Assembly (NCBI GenBank): GCA_964035545.1 | Contig: OZ037772.1 | Coordinates: forward strand, 8,735,150-8,799,149 | DNA length: 64,000 nt | Reading direction: 5' to 3' | Source: Bugula neritina | Lineage: Eukaryota > Animalia > Bryozoa | Part shown: positions 29,276 through 42,300 of the stretch, piece after piece | Numbering within the stretch: the stretch's first letter is position 1 | How the letters are laid out: every line of letters starts with the position of its first letter | Notes under the pieces: generated by a model | What the model saw: only the letters and a program-made list of their open reading frames with translations | Databases searched by the model: none | Told to the model about the DNA's origin: nothing | Program-made: the position numbers and the translations under genes

Positions 29276-32200
29276 ATGGAGTCCTCCAAGGATAGGGATT
29301 CAAAGTTAGCATCTGCTAGGAAAAAGGTAGCTTTATGTTTCTTATACCAGTTTGATTTTTTGATGTCACACTATAAAAAATTAATTAAATTTAAATTACG
29401 GCTTTTAGTCCTCTTTTTATAGGGATGATGCCGGCTATTGCAATAATGCAATTATAATTATTTCATTTCCAAAATGAAAATCAATTCTAGTTTAAGTTTA
29501 ACCTTAACTTTATGAGTTCAAGTAACTTCAAATTCAAGTTTCCGTTTGAAATGACCTTTTTATTTTGATTCAAAATTATTTTAACTTATACGTTGTAATT
29601 GTTTTCATTTTTCTTTATGTATGCATAGATATTTAATATTTATGTAAATATTTGCTTTTGCCTTTTGATTTTTAAAAAATTACTTTATAATTATAATGAT
29701 AATATTATTAATAATAAATAATTATAATTAATATTGTTGTTAATAATGACATTAAATATTATTAATTATTGTTATTGCTTTAGCTTAGCTATCGCTATGT
29801 GCTATAGCCCTATCATTACATTTACAATTAAATTATTCAAAATTAGCTACATACTGATACTAAAATAGATATAATATTTCAATACATGATAAACTCTAAC
29901 AAAAACATGCTATTAAGAGAAACTCAGAGGGGGGGGGAGTTTATATATTTACTAGCTTGCTTAATTTTTTGAAAGCTTATAGCTACACAGATTTAAAGTA
30001 ATAATATTTGTGAGAGCAGATCTAATATTTTTTTATAGGTTCACTGTATTATGTTAATTTTATGTTTTTTTTGCAGCTATATTTAGATTTTAGACCTACA
30101 GTTAGCAGAACAACTTTATATTCACTATTATAAAGTTGCTTAATGTGATTTTTATAGCTCAAGAAATTTAAGACGCAGAAAGTAAATAAGCCATCATCTG
30201 ACAATGCTCATGCTGCTTCGGCAGATTCCACCACTTCAGGGTTAGTAGTTTAATGCAAGTGTAAAGTTATTAAAAGTAGTGTTATTCTGTAATTCTGCCA
30301 ATGTTGTAACTTGCAAGTGCCTGGTGGTGAATAATGAGCAGTAAAAAAGGCACTGATGCCTTACAAACCAACACTTGGTTTGTAAGGCATTAGTGCCTTT
30401 TTATTGCTGAGTTAGTTTGATAAATTAACTCAGCTGTATTTATCGTTTGCTGAAATAAAAGGAACGTTGATAACCACTAATTACTCTGGTAACTCTATTG
30501 CCTGCAATCACTATCTTAACTGATTGAAAGTATGACTCATCAGTTGATTAGTCATTCACTGCTGGTTGTCTGCTCATTGGTCAGTAAAATGACTGATGAT
30601 TTCTTGCGTATTGTTTTTCTCTTGGTCTAGTTCCTCAGGAAATTGAACTTTTCAGAATTTTTTTGTCTCGAATTAATAATATTGATTGCTGTTGATTCAT
30701 GCTGTTTTGCCTTCACATTTGCTTGGTCAGTTAATTTTTTATCTTTAGTTAATAATGGTATGATTTAGCTGTGTAATTCTGATTATACAGTGACGTTGTG
30801 TCAGACTCGTCAGCCGTGGAGAGCTTACTCCAGCTTTCGGACCAGCTGAACGGGCTGCTAGACGACAGCGCTAACTTAGACAGGAGTGTAACTAACGGCT
30901 CGTCATCTTACTCCAACTCAACCGCAATGAATGGTAAGACTAAATACTATTAGACTAATTTCATAACATTTGTAGTAGACAGGACAAGATAGGTTGAATT
31001 GAAAATTTTGTAGTGGACTAAATGCTATTTATGTTTTTTGAGGGGATATTTTTTCATTTGAAGGTAGCAGTTACAATCATAATTTGAGACATGTTGAGAA
31101 ATATAGCGAAAGGCTTGATTTGCTGTGTAATTATTTTTTGTTTGCAATAATTTTCAGAGAAAAATCTAAAGTTGTTAGGAAGCAGTTTTATAATTACCCG
31201 TTGCAAATAATAAATATTAAAATTGAAAGACAGTTGACACTCATTTTGATTTTTCAATTAGATGTAATATTTTGCAATTTATAATATATATTTCCGGATT
31301 TTCGTCTTACTGACTATGATTTTCTATAACTATAAGGTAATTTATACACTGAAACTGTTTAAAGCAAATAGACTAGTGATGATTGATTACCAGTCAGGAC
31401 ATGCACTTAGTTTAATAGCTTAGATATTAATGACATGTCCATCAACTGGATTTAGTTTTCCAGACATGTTGATCATGAAATGATATATCTTGATTATTCA
31501 ATAATAGTTTTGTTATGTCTACAGTGGCTAATGCATTCACAAATATTACATAATAGTGTATTGTGATATTCACTTTATATTGTAAAGCGGATACTACATG
31601 ATATAAAGTGGATACTAAATCATAATATTATTTAGTATTCATTTCATATTATTAAGTTGATACTAAATAATACCATGATGTAGTGTAATATTGACTAAAT
31701 TATTACGTAGTTTCAACAGCGGTTTGTTTAACAACAGGTGGTGCAACTTCTCCGAAAGGTCACAGTTCACCGACAGCTGACGTACTAAACAATGGCGATG
31801 CTGTGATGCAGCGGAACAGAGAATTGGCAGACAGAGTCAAACAACTCCAACAGAAAAATAACCAGCTTAACCGGCAGATGCAGTTACAGGTGAGAGTACT
31901 GTAGGTACAGGTGAGAATACTGTAGGTTCAGGTGAAAGTAAACTGTAAGGACACGTGAGAATGCTGTGGGTACAGGTGAGAATACTGAAGGTACATGTGA
32001 GAATGCTGTAGGTACAGGTTAGATTACCATAGGTACAGGTGAGAAGAATGTAGGTACAGGTGAATATACTGTAGGTACAGGTGAGATGTATTTAAATATA
32101 TATTACAAGAGCAGTTTGGTTTTACTTTTTTTATATGAATAAACAAATGCATTTTACAGTAAGTGGAGGCAAAAGTGTAAAAAGGAATTTTGTTTATATT

Positions 32201-32465
32201 TGCACCAATCAATTATAAATTCGGTGTATTCGAAGCTCACAGGACGACCATATAGTGCAAAGCATCTGTAAGCAAATGCTGTGTTATACAGCCTCAACTT
32301 TATCTGAGAGAATTAAATACTAGATTATAATCTCCTTTTTAGACTGAGAGGGTGGCAGAGTTGGAGAAACACTTTAATACCAGTGAATCTGAGGCTACTC
32401 AGAAGGCCAATGAAGAGCTTCAGAAGGCCAGAGAGAGACTGGAGGTGCATATTCAAACCATAGGT

Positions 32466-32504
<39 letters not shown>

Positions 32505-35500
32505 GTATTACAGGTATATTATTCCCTGTGTTGCAGATATTTTATTCCCTGTATTACAGATATTTTATTCCCTGTATTGCAGGTGTATTATTCCATGTAT
32601 TACAGGTGTATTATTCCATGTATTACAGGTATATTATTTCTTGTATTACAGGTATGTTATTCCTTGTATTGCAGGTATATTAGTTGAAGAGAAGCAGACG
32701 TTACAGTCCCAGTTGTCTTCTTCACAAAAACATAGTCAACAGAAGTCAGGTGAGTCGGCCAATAAGATCACAAGTGTCATTGTGGCAGGTGTCATTGTAG
32801 CAGATGTCATTGTGACAGGTGTCACTCTAACAGGTGTCACTGTAGCAGATGTGATTGTGACAGGTGTCACTCTAACAGGTGCTCTGCTTGCATAACTCCT
32901 GCAAGGTAATGGTGCCATCAGGCCTTTTCGAGCTACTGGTTCTCTGATTTCCTCCCATTACTTAAATTAGAGTTCAATTTTTTAGTTATTCACTTTTTTG
33001 TATTTGAGATTAACTCTACTTTTGGCTTGTGTAGATGAAATAGAAGATTACACCAGTAGACTAAAAGCATCAAGACTGCGGGTGGCGGACTTAGAGAAAC
33101 AGCTTGCCGTAGCAAATACTCATAGAACTCGGGCCGAAACGGCCTCAGGGGACAACTCCAAACAAGTTGATAAACTTAAGCAAGATCTCTATACTAAAAG
33201 GTGAATTTTCTGGGTTTTTTGGTCAAATTCTTCGCTTTAAAGATTATAGCAACTGGAAATGGGCTGAAGTAATCTTGTTAGTGGATTGTGCAGTTTTTAT
33301 GTGTGATACCGTTGAGATATCATGTGTTGAAAAAATGTTGAGAAAAACTGGGGTTGATTGATGGCATTGTGTGGGTAGCGAGTCATTTGAAGACACAAAA
33401 TGAACATCTCTTGTTTTTATGTTGTTTTGACTTAATGCTGTCACGGCAGTGACTAAATATATGGGGGAGGGTGAGGGTGGTTTTATGTATGCAGTAGTTT
33501 AATGTGTTGTGTGCATTAGTTCGCCTGCCTGTATGACTGTGACAATGTTAATGCTCACTAAAAGTGATAATCTGTTGCTATCTTCAAGTTTGTGTACAAT
33601 ATCTTACATTAAAACTGGGAGAGTGTGATGGAAGGGAAGTTAAAATAATTTCTGCTTTGAAGGTTGCCGTGGTGTTAGTCATCATATCAGCTTTAGCCTT
33701 TCGCTAGTTTTAAAATAACATTTTTTAACAAACACAAGGTTTCTCGTTTACTTCATTTCATTAAGTGAACATTTCATAGAATGTTTTAAAATTTATTCTC
33801 GTTTTACTTTTGATTTCACCTTTTAAGAAATGTTTATAAGTGTAGATTAGCCTTGACTTTAGCTTAGCCATAGCTTCAGTTCCCTCTTTATCGTTGCAGT
33901 CGGGATTTAGATGAAGTGTTGGAGCAGAGGGCACAGCTGGAAAACCAGTTGCAATCGAAACTGTCGGCCAACGCCGAGTTGGAAGCTACTCTCTCTGACC
34001 TCCGGGGCAAGTTAGATCTCTCTCAAGCGTATATTCAGCAGCTGAATAGCGGGGAGGTCGTGCCTAGCCACCCCAACTTGTACGCTGAGCAAGTTGAGGA
34101 ACTCCGGGCTCAAAACAATCAGCTGCACGAAACAATCTCACAGGTGAGTCTAGTGTGTAAGTATATAATACATGTAGTGTAAGTATATAATACAGGTAGT
34201 GTAAGTATGTACAGGTAGTGTAAGTATATACAGGTAGTGTAAGTATGTACAGATAGTGTAAGTGTATACAGGTAGTGTAAGTATGTACAGATAGTGTAAG
34301 TGTATACAGGTAGTGTAAGTATATGCAGATAGTGCTATCTGCTGTATTACATCATTTCTAAGAGTTGTCCCTTCTGTGTTGCAGCTAGAGGATTCCCTTC
34401 AAAAGGCTCAGGCTGAGAGAAACCAGAGTATTGATCAGTATAATCAGATTATCCAAAGCCTACAGCTGGAACACCAGCAGGTGGGTGGTCTGGCTATGGG
34501 TAGGCGGGTCATAGGAAGGAACTGGGCGGGGCTAAGTTAAACACTAGAACTAATATACTAATATATCTACAGCTCTACAAATAGTGTATTAGGTTTTTTC
34601 ATACTGAATTTATTAAAAATTTACCATTTTCAATAAATAAACTTGGCTTGGCATAAATCATTTCAATTCATAAATGAAATAGCGCTAGGGATGAGTGATT
34701 TTTATGCTACGTTATTGTTTTTAGTAATTATTTTTCCAATTTTAGATTAAATATTCAGAGTAATGTTTGACATTTTTCTTTTTGTTAGATACATTCCGAG
34801 TTAGAATCTAGTCATGGTCAGATAACTTTTCTCCAGCAGCAAATTCAAGATTTCCAGTTAGAGAATAAGAATCTACAAACACAGTTGGGTGAGTGACACA
34901 GCTATATGCAGATGACCTGTTGAAATTCTTAAGAAATACATCAAGTACTGTGTGAATTCTTGACAGATTTGAAATAATGGTTTATATGTTCAGTTGCCAA
35001 AGATTCGCAGGTTTGTAGATTAGGTAATTGTAAGTTTAGATCTCAAGATACTTGTTTGTGTTTCTGAGGCGAGATGTATGCAGCTGCAAATAAAGAAATA
35101 TTTTATAAATCCAGACATGTTCATTCTGTCATTACTAGATGGATTGAGAAATGATGGATGATTTCAATGAAAAATGGTATCGTTGTAAACTTGCGTACTT
35201 ATGTTGCTCTAAGGTCTCATTTATTATATAACTAGTTCTGCGGTTTCATGAAATGCTGCGACATTCTGCATTTCAACTTATATTTTTATTATAGAAGAAG
35301 CGCAGAACCAAAGGTCAGGTGCCGAAAGTTCTGAGATGGAGTCACCAGAAGACACGCCCACTCCTGCAGACACACAGACAGCAGGAAATGTGTACAGTGA
35401 GGAGCAGATGCAGTCCGTAGTGTATCAGTACGAGCAGCTGAGGCAGCAGTACACAGCGTTAGTCGGCAGCGTGGAGAGTATGACCTCAGATAATCAGCAG

Positions 35501-36292
35501 CTTTCCAGGTACTGCGTGTGATATTGTATTACCAGACTTTTTACCTGCGTGTACAAGTAATATATTATATGTATGTATTATATGTAATAATAGACAGTTT
35601 AGTTTATGTAATTTTTAATGTATTCAACATATTATGTTTCAATAATATACAGAACGCAAAGAATTGACAATTGAAGCATAAGGTACAATCTAAGCTCATA
35701 TCTCACCGTATAATCTTGTCTAGGCTGCTGGAAGATAGAGAGGAAGTCATATCCCGTCTCGAGTCTACCCTCGAGTCCATTCAGGATGAGAAAGACAACT
35801 CCAAACGTCTGCTGGAAACTGTAGAAGGAGACAAATCAGCTCTGAGTAGAGCTCTCAGTCAGAATAAGCAGTTGAAGACTCAACTTGAGGAGTTGGAAGG
35901 ACGGTGAGTATTCAGTAGTAGCAGTAGTGAGAGTAGTAGTGGTAGCGGTAGCAGTAGTAATAGTAGCAGTAGTAGTGGTAGCAGTAGTAGTAGTAGTAGC
36001 AGCAGCAGTAGTAGTAGTAGTGAGAGTAGTAGCAGTGGTAGTAGTAGTAGTAGTAGTGGTGGTACTAGTAGTAGTAGTAGTAGTGGTAGTAGTAGTAGTA
36101 GCAGTAGTAGTACTACTAGTAGTAGTAGTAGTAGTAATAGTAGTAGCAGTAGTAGTACTAGTAGTAGTAGTAGCAGTAGTAGTAGTAGTACTAGTAGTAG
36201 TAGTAGCAGTAGTAGTAGTGGTAGTAGTAGTAGTAGCAGTAGTAGTAGCGGTAGTAGTAGTAGCGGTAGCAGTAGTAATGGTGGTACTAGTT

Positions 36293-36341
<49 letters not shown>

Positions 36342-39300
36342 CAATAGTAATAGTAATAATAGTAGTAGTAGCAGTAGTGATATATACCTATAGAGATAGT
36401 ATATACCTATAGAGATAGTATATACCCGCGATTGCGTTGTATTGCAGGTTTATCAAGATGGCAGAAGATAACATGACTTCTGTAACATCACTACAAAGTG
36501 AACAACACAGAAACAAGGAACTGTCCAATCAGCTTGCAGAGAAAGAGTCCCTCCTCCACCAGACTGGCCAATCATTGGCTGAGAAGCAGAAGTAAGTGAC
36601 ACTCGCGTAGTAGTACAACTGTTTGGAGGTTTATTCATATTTATTTCTTCTCTTCTTCTCTTTATTTTGCAACATAGTTGTTATTATGTGTAGGATCTTC
36701 AACTCCATCCAACATATACTCTTTTGTGTCTACAAACAAAAATTTTCTCCACTTGCACTCTGAACTTTTGACTTCAAACTATTATTAGTTGTAATAAGCA
36801 TCTAGATTCTAGCATATTCATGTAATAGTCAGTGGGCTTTTGTTGTGTCCTGTCTTGATTTTTTTAAACATTTGTCCAAGTTAGTTTTCTTGAAACAAAA
36901 TTTTGTTCTCAGTAGTGATTCAATATTTTGAGCTACTGGTTTTAGCAACTATTTACAGTATTGACAACTAGAACTAAGTTGTATGGTGTCCTAATATGGT
37001 TTTATCCAACTGGAATAAATGTCCAGCTGAATGTGTATTTGAATAATTGTAATTTTCACAGCAACCTTTGCTGCTGTTTACAATGTTGTCATTCTAGTCT
37101 GTTTTATATCATTTTAATATAATCAGTTTCCTGATTGACTGTTACTGTGTGTACTGTTTTCTGATTGGCTGTTTCTTTCGTTCAACAGTTTCATAGCAGA
37201 ACACGAAGCACAGTTTGAGAACGTCTCCAAGATGTCCCACCAGCAGGAGCTGCTAGCTGATAGAATCAGACACTACGAGGCACAAATACAGGTTCACTCA
37301 TCTCTTCTAAACTCTTTCTAGAAATACTATGGCTCTAGTCTAGCTTTTAGTATCAGTTATCTAGTCATGTTCTATTTCTAATGTGTTCTCTGAAGTCTTG
37401 GAATTAGACGTGTTGTGTAGTTTACTATTATCGATCAGTTATAATTGCAAATGTTGGAACTCTGGTTACCCGCCCGCAAATAAACCTCAACTTTAGCAGA
37501 TTACATAGTTCATGTTTGATATATAAATTGCCTGCTTTGTTAGTCGATTCCTTTTACATCGATTGTGGTTAATTCTAAAAAAAATATTTGATTTGTGTAT
37601 AGGACTATCGTCGACAATCATATATGCTGTACTATCAAATTTATTTCAATACTTGGGTGTGTAGTGAATACATCTCTTGTGGTTCATCTTGAATAAACTG
37701 ATTTGATTGGTAAAGAGATCAACAGTCAACCAATGGTATATGCTTTTCTATAAACTGTTAAATAATTACTCATAAAAATATATGTCCAACATCTAAACTA
37801 CTTAGGCCGTGACTTTACACTTATGTCGTGCTTTTGTGTTCACTAACTATTTTTGTTCTGTTTGTCTTTAACCTGCCATAACACTGTTGGTATTTATCTT
37901 AGTGTATCCTTAGAGTTGTCTTCTCTTGTTACTCTAGTTGCCTGGAATATTGTAGATTATGGGTACTCTACAGAGGGAGCTCCACTCTAGCCAGGAGACA
38001 GTGCGAGCATTGACTGCTCAGAACTCTGAACTCAGAGGCATGATTGTACAGCGAGGTAATATTAGGATGTGGTGTTAGTTTCAGAATTGTCTTCTCCTGT
38101 AGTTCATGTGGTTATGACTCACAAAACTGCTCGATGTTAGCTTCAGTGGTTTCATCAGCTTTTCTTCTTACCTTTTTTGAATTTGTTATTGATATTATAA
38201 TATTATATAGTTATTTAAATGTATTTTGATATATAGTAGTAAAATGCTAGTGTGTTGTGTAATATTGTATTGTGTCATTCTATTTTATATTTGGTTCCAT
38301 ATTAATAAACTACTTTTCATTTTAGTATGCAAGTCCTCCGTATTTCATCATTAAAAAATATCATGTCAGGGTATTTTAATTAGTTTGTATTATCTGATTG
38401 TATAATTTTATGATGTACAAGTATTTTTTATAAAATGCAGTATATAATATGCATGTATAGTATTAGTATAGCGTAGTATAGTATATAGTATTAGTATAGT
38501 GTACTATATATAGTAAGAACAATTTTTATACTGTATAGTACATGAAGGTGAATTATCACATCACAGTTACCCTCTTTCCATTATCTCATTCGCCAATATT
38601 TGTTGAATTAGCCAATCACACACAGAGATACATTTACACTGTTATATCATAGACATGTATTCTCTATAGGCACCTCAGTTCAGTCTACGGCCAACGAGCC
38701 AACTGACAATACAGACACCGAGAATACCTTCTCAGCCAATGCTGCCGACAGCACTGATTCAGTCACTCCGACGACCTCCACGTCCGCTGATCAGTCGTCT
38801 GTGGTAAGTTGAGATGTCTGTCTGTGTTTCTAAGGCACTTGAAGGGCATCAACTTTTTTATATATTCATATATTTTTCTTATATATTCATATATATATTC
38901 TCGAATATTCATAGATTCAACAACTAAGCACGGCCATACAGCAACTGGAAGCCGAGAAAGCTCACCTGGAGAACAGGTGTGAGCAGGTGACAGCTGAAAA
39001 CAACAGACTGTCCAATCAGCTTCTCTCTCAGTCTGAACTTCCTGCAGAGTCTAACAGAATCACCAGACAGCAGTACGAGGCCCTACAGCATGCCCTCGAT
39101 AGCTTACAGGTATTCTAGTTCTTAGTCTATATATTATATATATATAGGCTATACTATAATTATACTATGCTATACTCTATACTGTACATATACTACTCTA
39201 TACTCTATACTACTCTATACTATATACTACTCTATACTATATACCACTCTATACTATGTACTACTCTATACTATATACTACTCTATACTATGTACTACTC

Positions 39301-42300
39301 TGTACTATATACTACTATATACTATATACTACTATATACTCTCTATTCTATATACTACTCTATACTATATACTACTCTATACTATATACTATACTATATA
39401 CTACTATATACTATACTCTATACTATATACTACTCTATACTATATACTACTCTATACTATATACTCTATACTACTCTATACTATATACTATACTATGTTC
39501 TATACTATATATTACTCTATACTATATACTACGCTATACTATATACTACTCTATACTATATACTTCTCTATACTATATACTATACCATACTCTATACTAC
39601 TATATACTACTCTATACTATACTATATACTACTCTATACTATATACTACTCTGTACTATACTCTATACTATATACTACTCTATACTATACTCTATACTCT
39701 ATACTACTCTATACTATATACTACTCTATACTATATACTATATACTATACTCTATACTATATACTATACTCTATACTATATACTATACCATACTCTATAC
39801 TCTATACTATATACTACTCTATACTATACTATATACTACTCTATACTATATACTACTCTGTACTATACTCTATACTATATACTACTCTATACTATATACT
39901 ACTCTATACTATATACTACTCTATACTATATACTATACTCTATACTATATACTACTCTATACTATATACTACTCTATACTCTATACTACTCTATACTATA
40001 TACTACTCTATACTATATACTATATACTATATACTACTATATACTATATACTACTCTATACTATATACTACTCTATACTATACTATATACTACTCTATAC
40101 TCTATACTACTCTATACTATACTATACTATATACTACTCTACTCTATACTATATACTACTATATACTATATACTACTCTATACTATATACTACTCTATAC
40201 TATATACTACTCTATACTATACTATATACTACTCTATACTATATACTACTCTGTACTATACTATATACTACTCTGTACTATACTCTATACTATATACTAC
40301 TCTATACTATACTCTATACTCTATACTACTCTATACTATATACTACTCTATACTATATACTATACTCTATACTATATACTATACTCTATACTATATACTA
40401 TACCATACTCTATACTCTATACTATATACTACTCTATACTATACTATATACTACTCTATACTATACTATATACTACTCTATACTATATACTACTCTGTAC
40501 TATACTCTATACTATATACTACTCTATACTCTATACTATACTATACTATATACTACTCTACTCTATACTATATACTACTATATACTATATACTACTCTGT
40601 ACTATATACTACTCTATACTCTATACTACTCTATACTATACTATACTATATACTACTCTACTCTATACTATATACTACTATATACTATATACTACTCTAT
40701 ACTATATACTACTCTATACTATATACTACTCTATACTATATACTACTCTATACTCTATACTACTCTATACTATATACTACTCTACTCTATACTATATACT
40801 ACTATATACTACTCTATACTATATACTACTCTATACTCTATACTATATACTACTCTATCTCTATACTATATACTACTCTATACTATATACTATACCATAC
40901 TCTATACTACTATATACTACTCTACTCTATACTATATACTACTATATACTACTCTATACTATATACTACACTATACTATATACTACTCTATACTACTAGG
41001 ACAAGTACACGGTAGTCATGAGGTCTAAGGCAGAACTCCTGGACAGATCAGAGATACTGGAACACGAGAACATGCAGCTGGAGGCCGAGTCTGAGACTAT
41101 CAACGAGTACATTGCTCTCTACCACCAGCAGAGATCTCTCATGAAGAGTAGGGCTGAAGACAAAGACAGGTTAGTCGAGAGATCAATGCTGTCTTGTTCC
41201 TAGGCAACCAGTCAGTTGGTTTATTCAATACTAGTCTATCAACTTTTAGGATTAACAGTGTGGCTGTCGAAGAATCTTTTGTATATTATATTGTAAAAAG
41301 AATTGAACTATGCTCAGTGTTAATGTGTTTTGCTAAGTTCCGGGGTATCATTTTTGCTAACTTGTCACAAAAGTTCTATTTTTTTTGAAGATTTATTTCA
41401 TGATGGTGTACTTTTGAATTGTTTGGCGGTGTTTTTTGGTGTGATGCATAAATGCAATAACGACAGACACCAGTGAAAATTAAAACAAAAATCCCGGCCC
41501 AGTTTACTATGTGTACTGCATTAGTAGTTCTATGCCAATTGTCCTGGTTTATTATACAATTTTTCATTTGTACACTCAGTGTACTCTACCAGTAGTTCTA
41601 AACATAATACAACTATCTATGTATACTCAGCTCACTGCTAAGCCCTTCATAAACTGCCATCGTCTCTAATAAAGTAAATTTACACTCCGTGTGCTTCGGG
41701 TATATTTCCCGTACTTCAGGTATATTTCCCGTACTTCAGGTACATCCAGCAACTAGCAGATGAAAGAGAGAAAGTATCGGTGAAACTCTCTGAGTTACAG
41801 AGTCTAGTAGTGAGACTATTACAGGAGAGACAGTATCTTCACTCCTATACTAATGGTAGCAGCGTTCCTATTGGCTCTCCTCAACACAATACTAGCCAAC
41901 CTAATCCTTCTCAATCCATGGATGGTAAGTCCCTCCGCTATTTTGTTCTGTGGACACATGTTTGTGATGTTGTGAAGCCCATCACTAAAGCGTTGGTTTC
42001 AACAATACTTGGCAGTTGTTTGTCCAGTCAAAAGACTCAGAGATTGGTTCAATAGAAATGTTATCCGTGTGTTTGAAAAGGTTGATGCAAAAAATAAAAG
42101 AACAGTCTTTCATAACTATAAACTGATTATTCATAGATAAACAACTATTAGATGTGATAATGCTGTTTCCTATATGAATAAATTAAACTTTGTAGTCTCT
42201 CTCTCAATAATAATTATCTTTTGCCTAATTTCTGCACTTCCTGTACAGGGAACACAACTTCTAAGAGCTAAAAGCAAACCCTTCTATTAACACAGATAAT

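Noticed and set aside
35880-36412. Poly-Leu and poly-Val ORFs
   Set aside because: Translations of an intronic (GTA)n repeat.
39167-41028. 506-610 aa Tyr/Ile/Leu-rich ORFs
   Set aside because: Open in all three frames only because the G-poor satellite lacks stop codons; lies within GOLGA2 intron 17.
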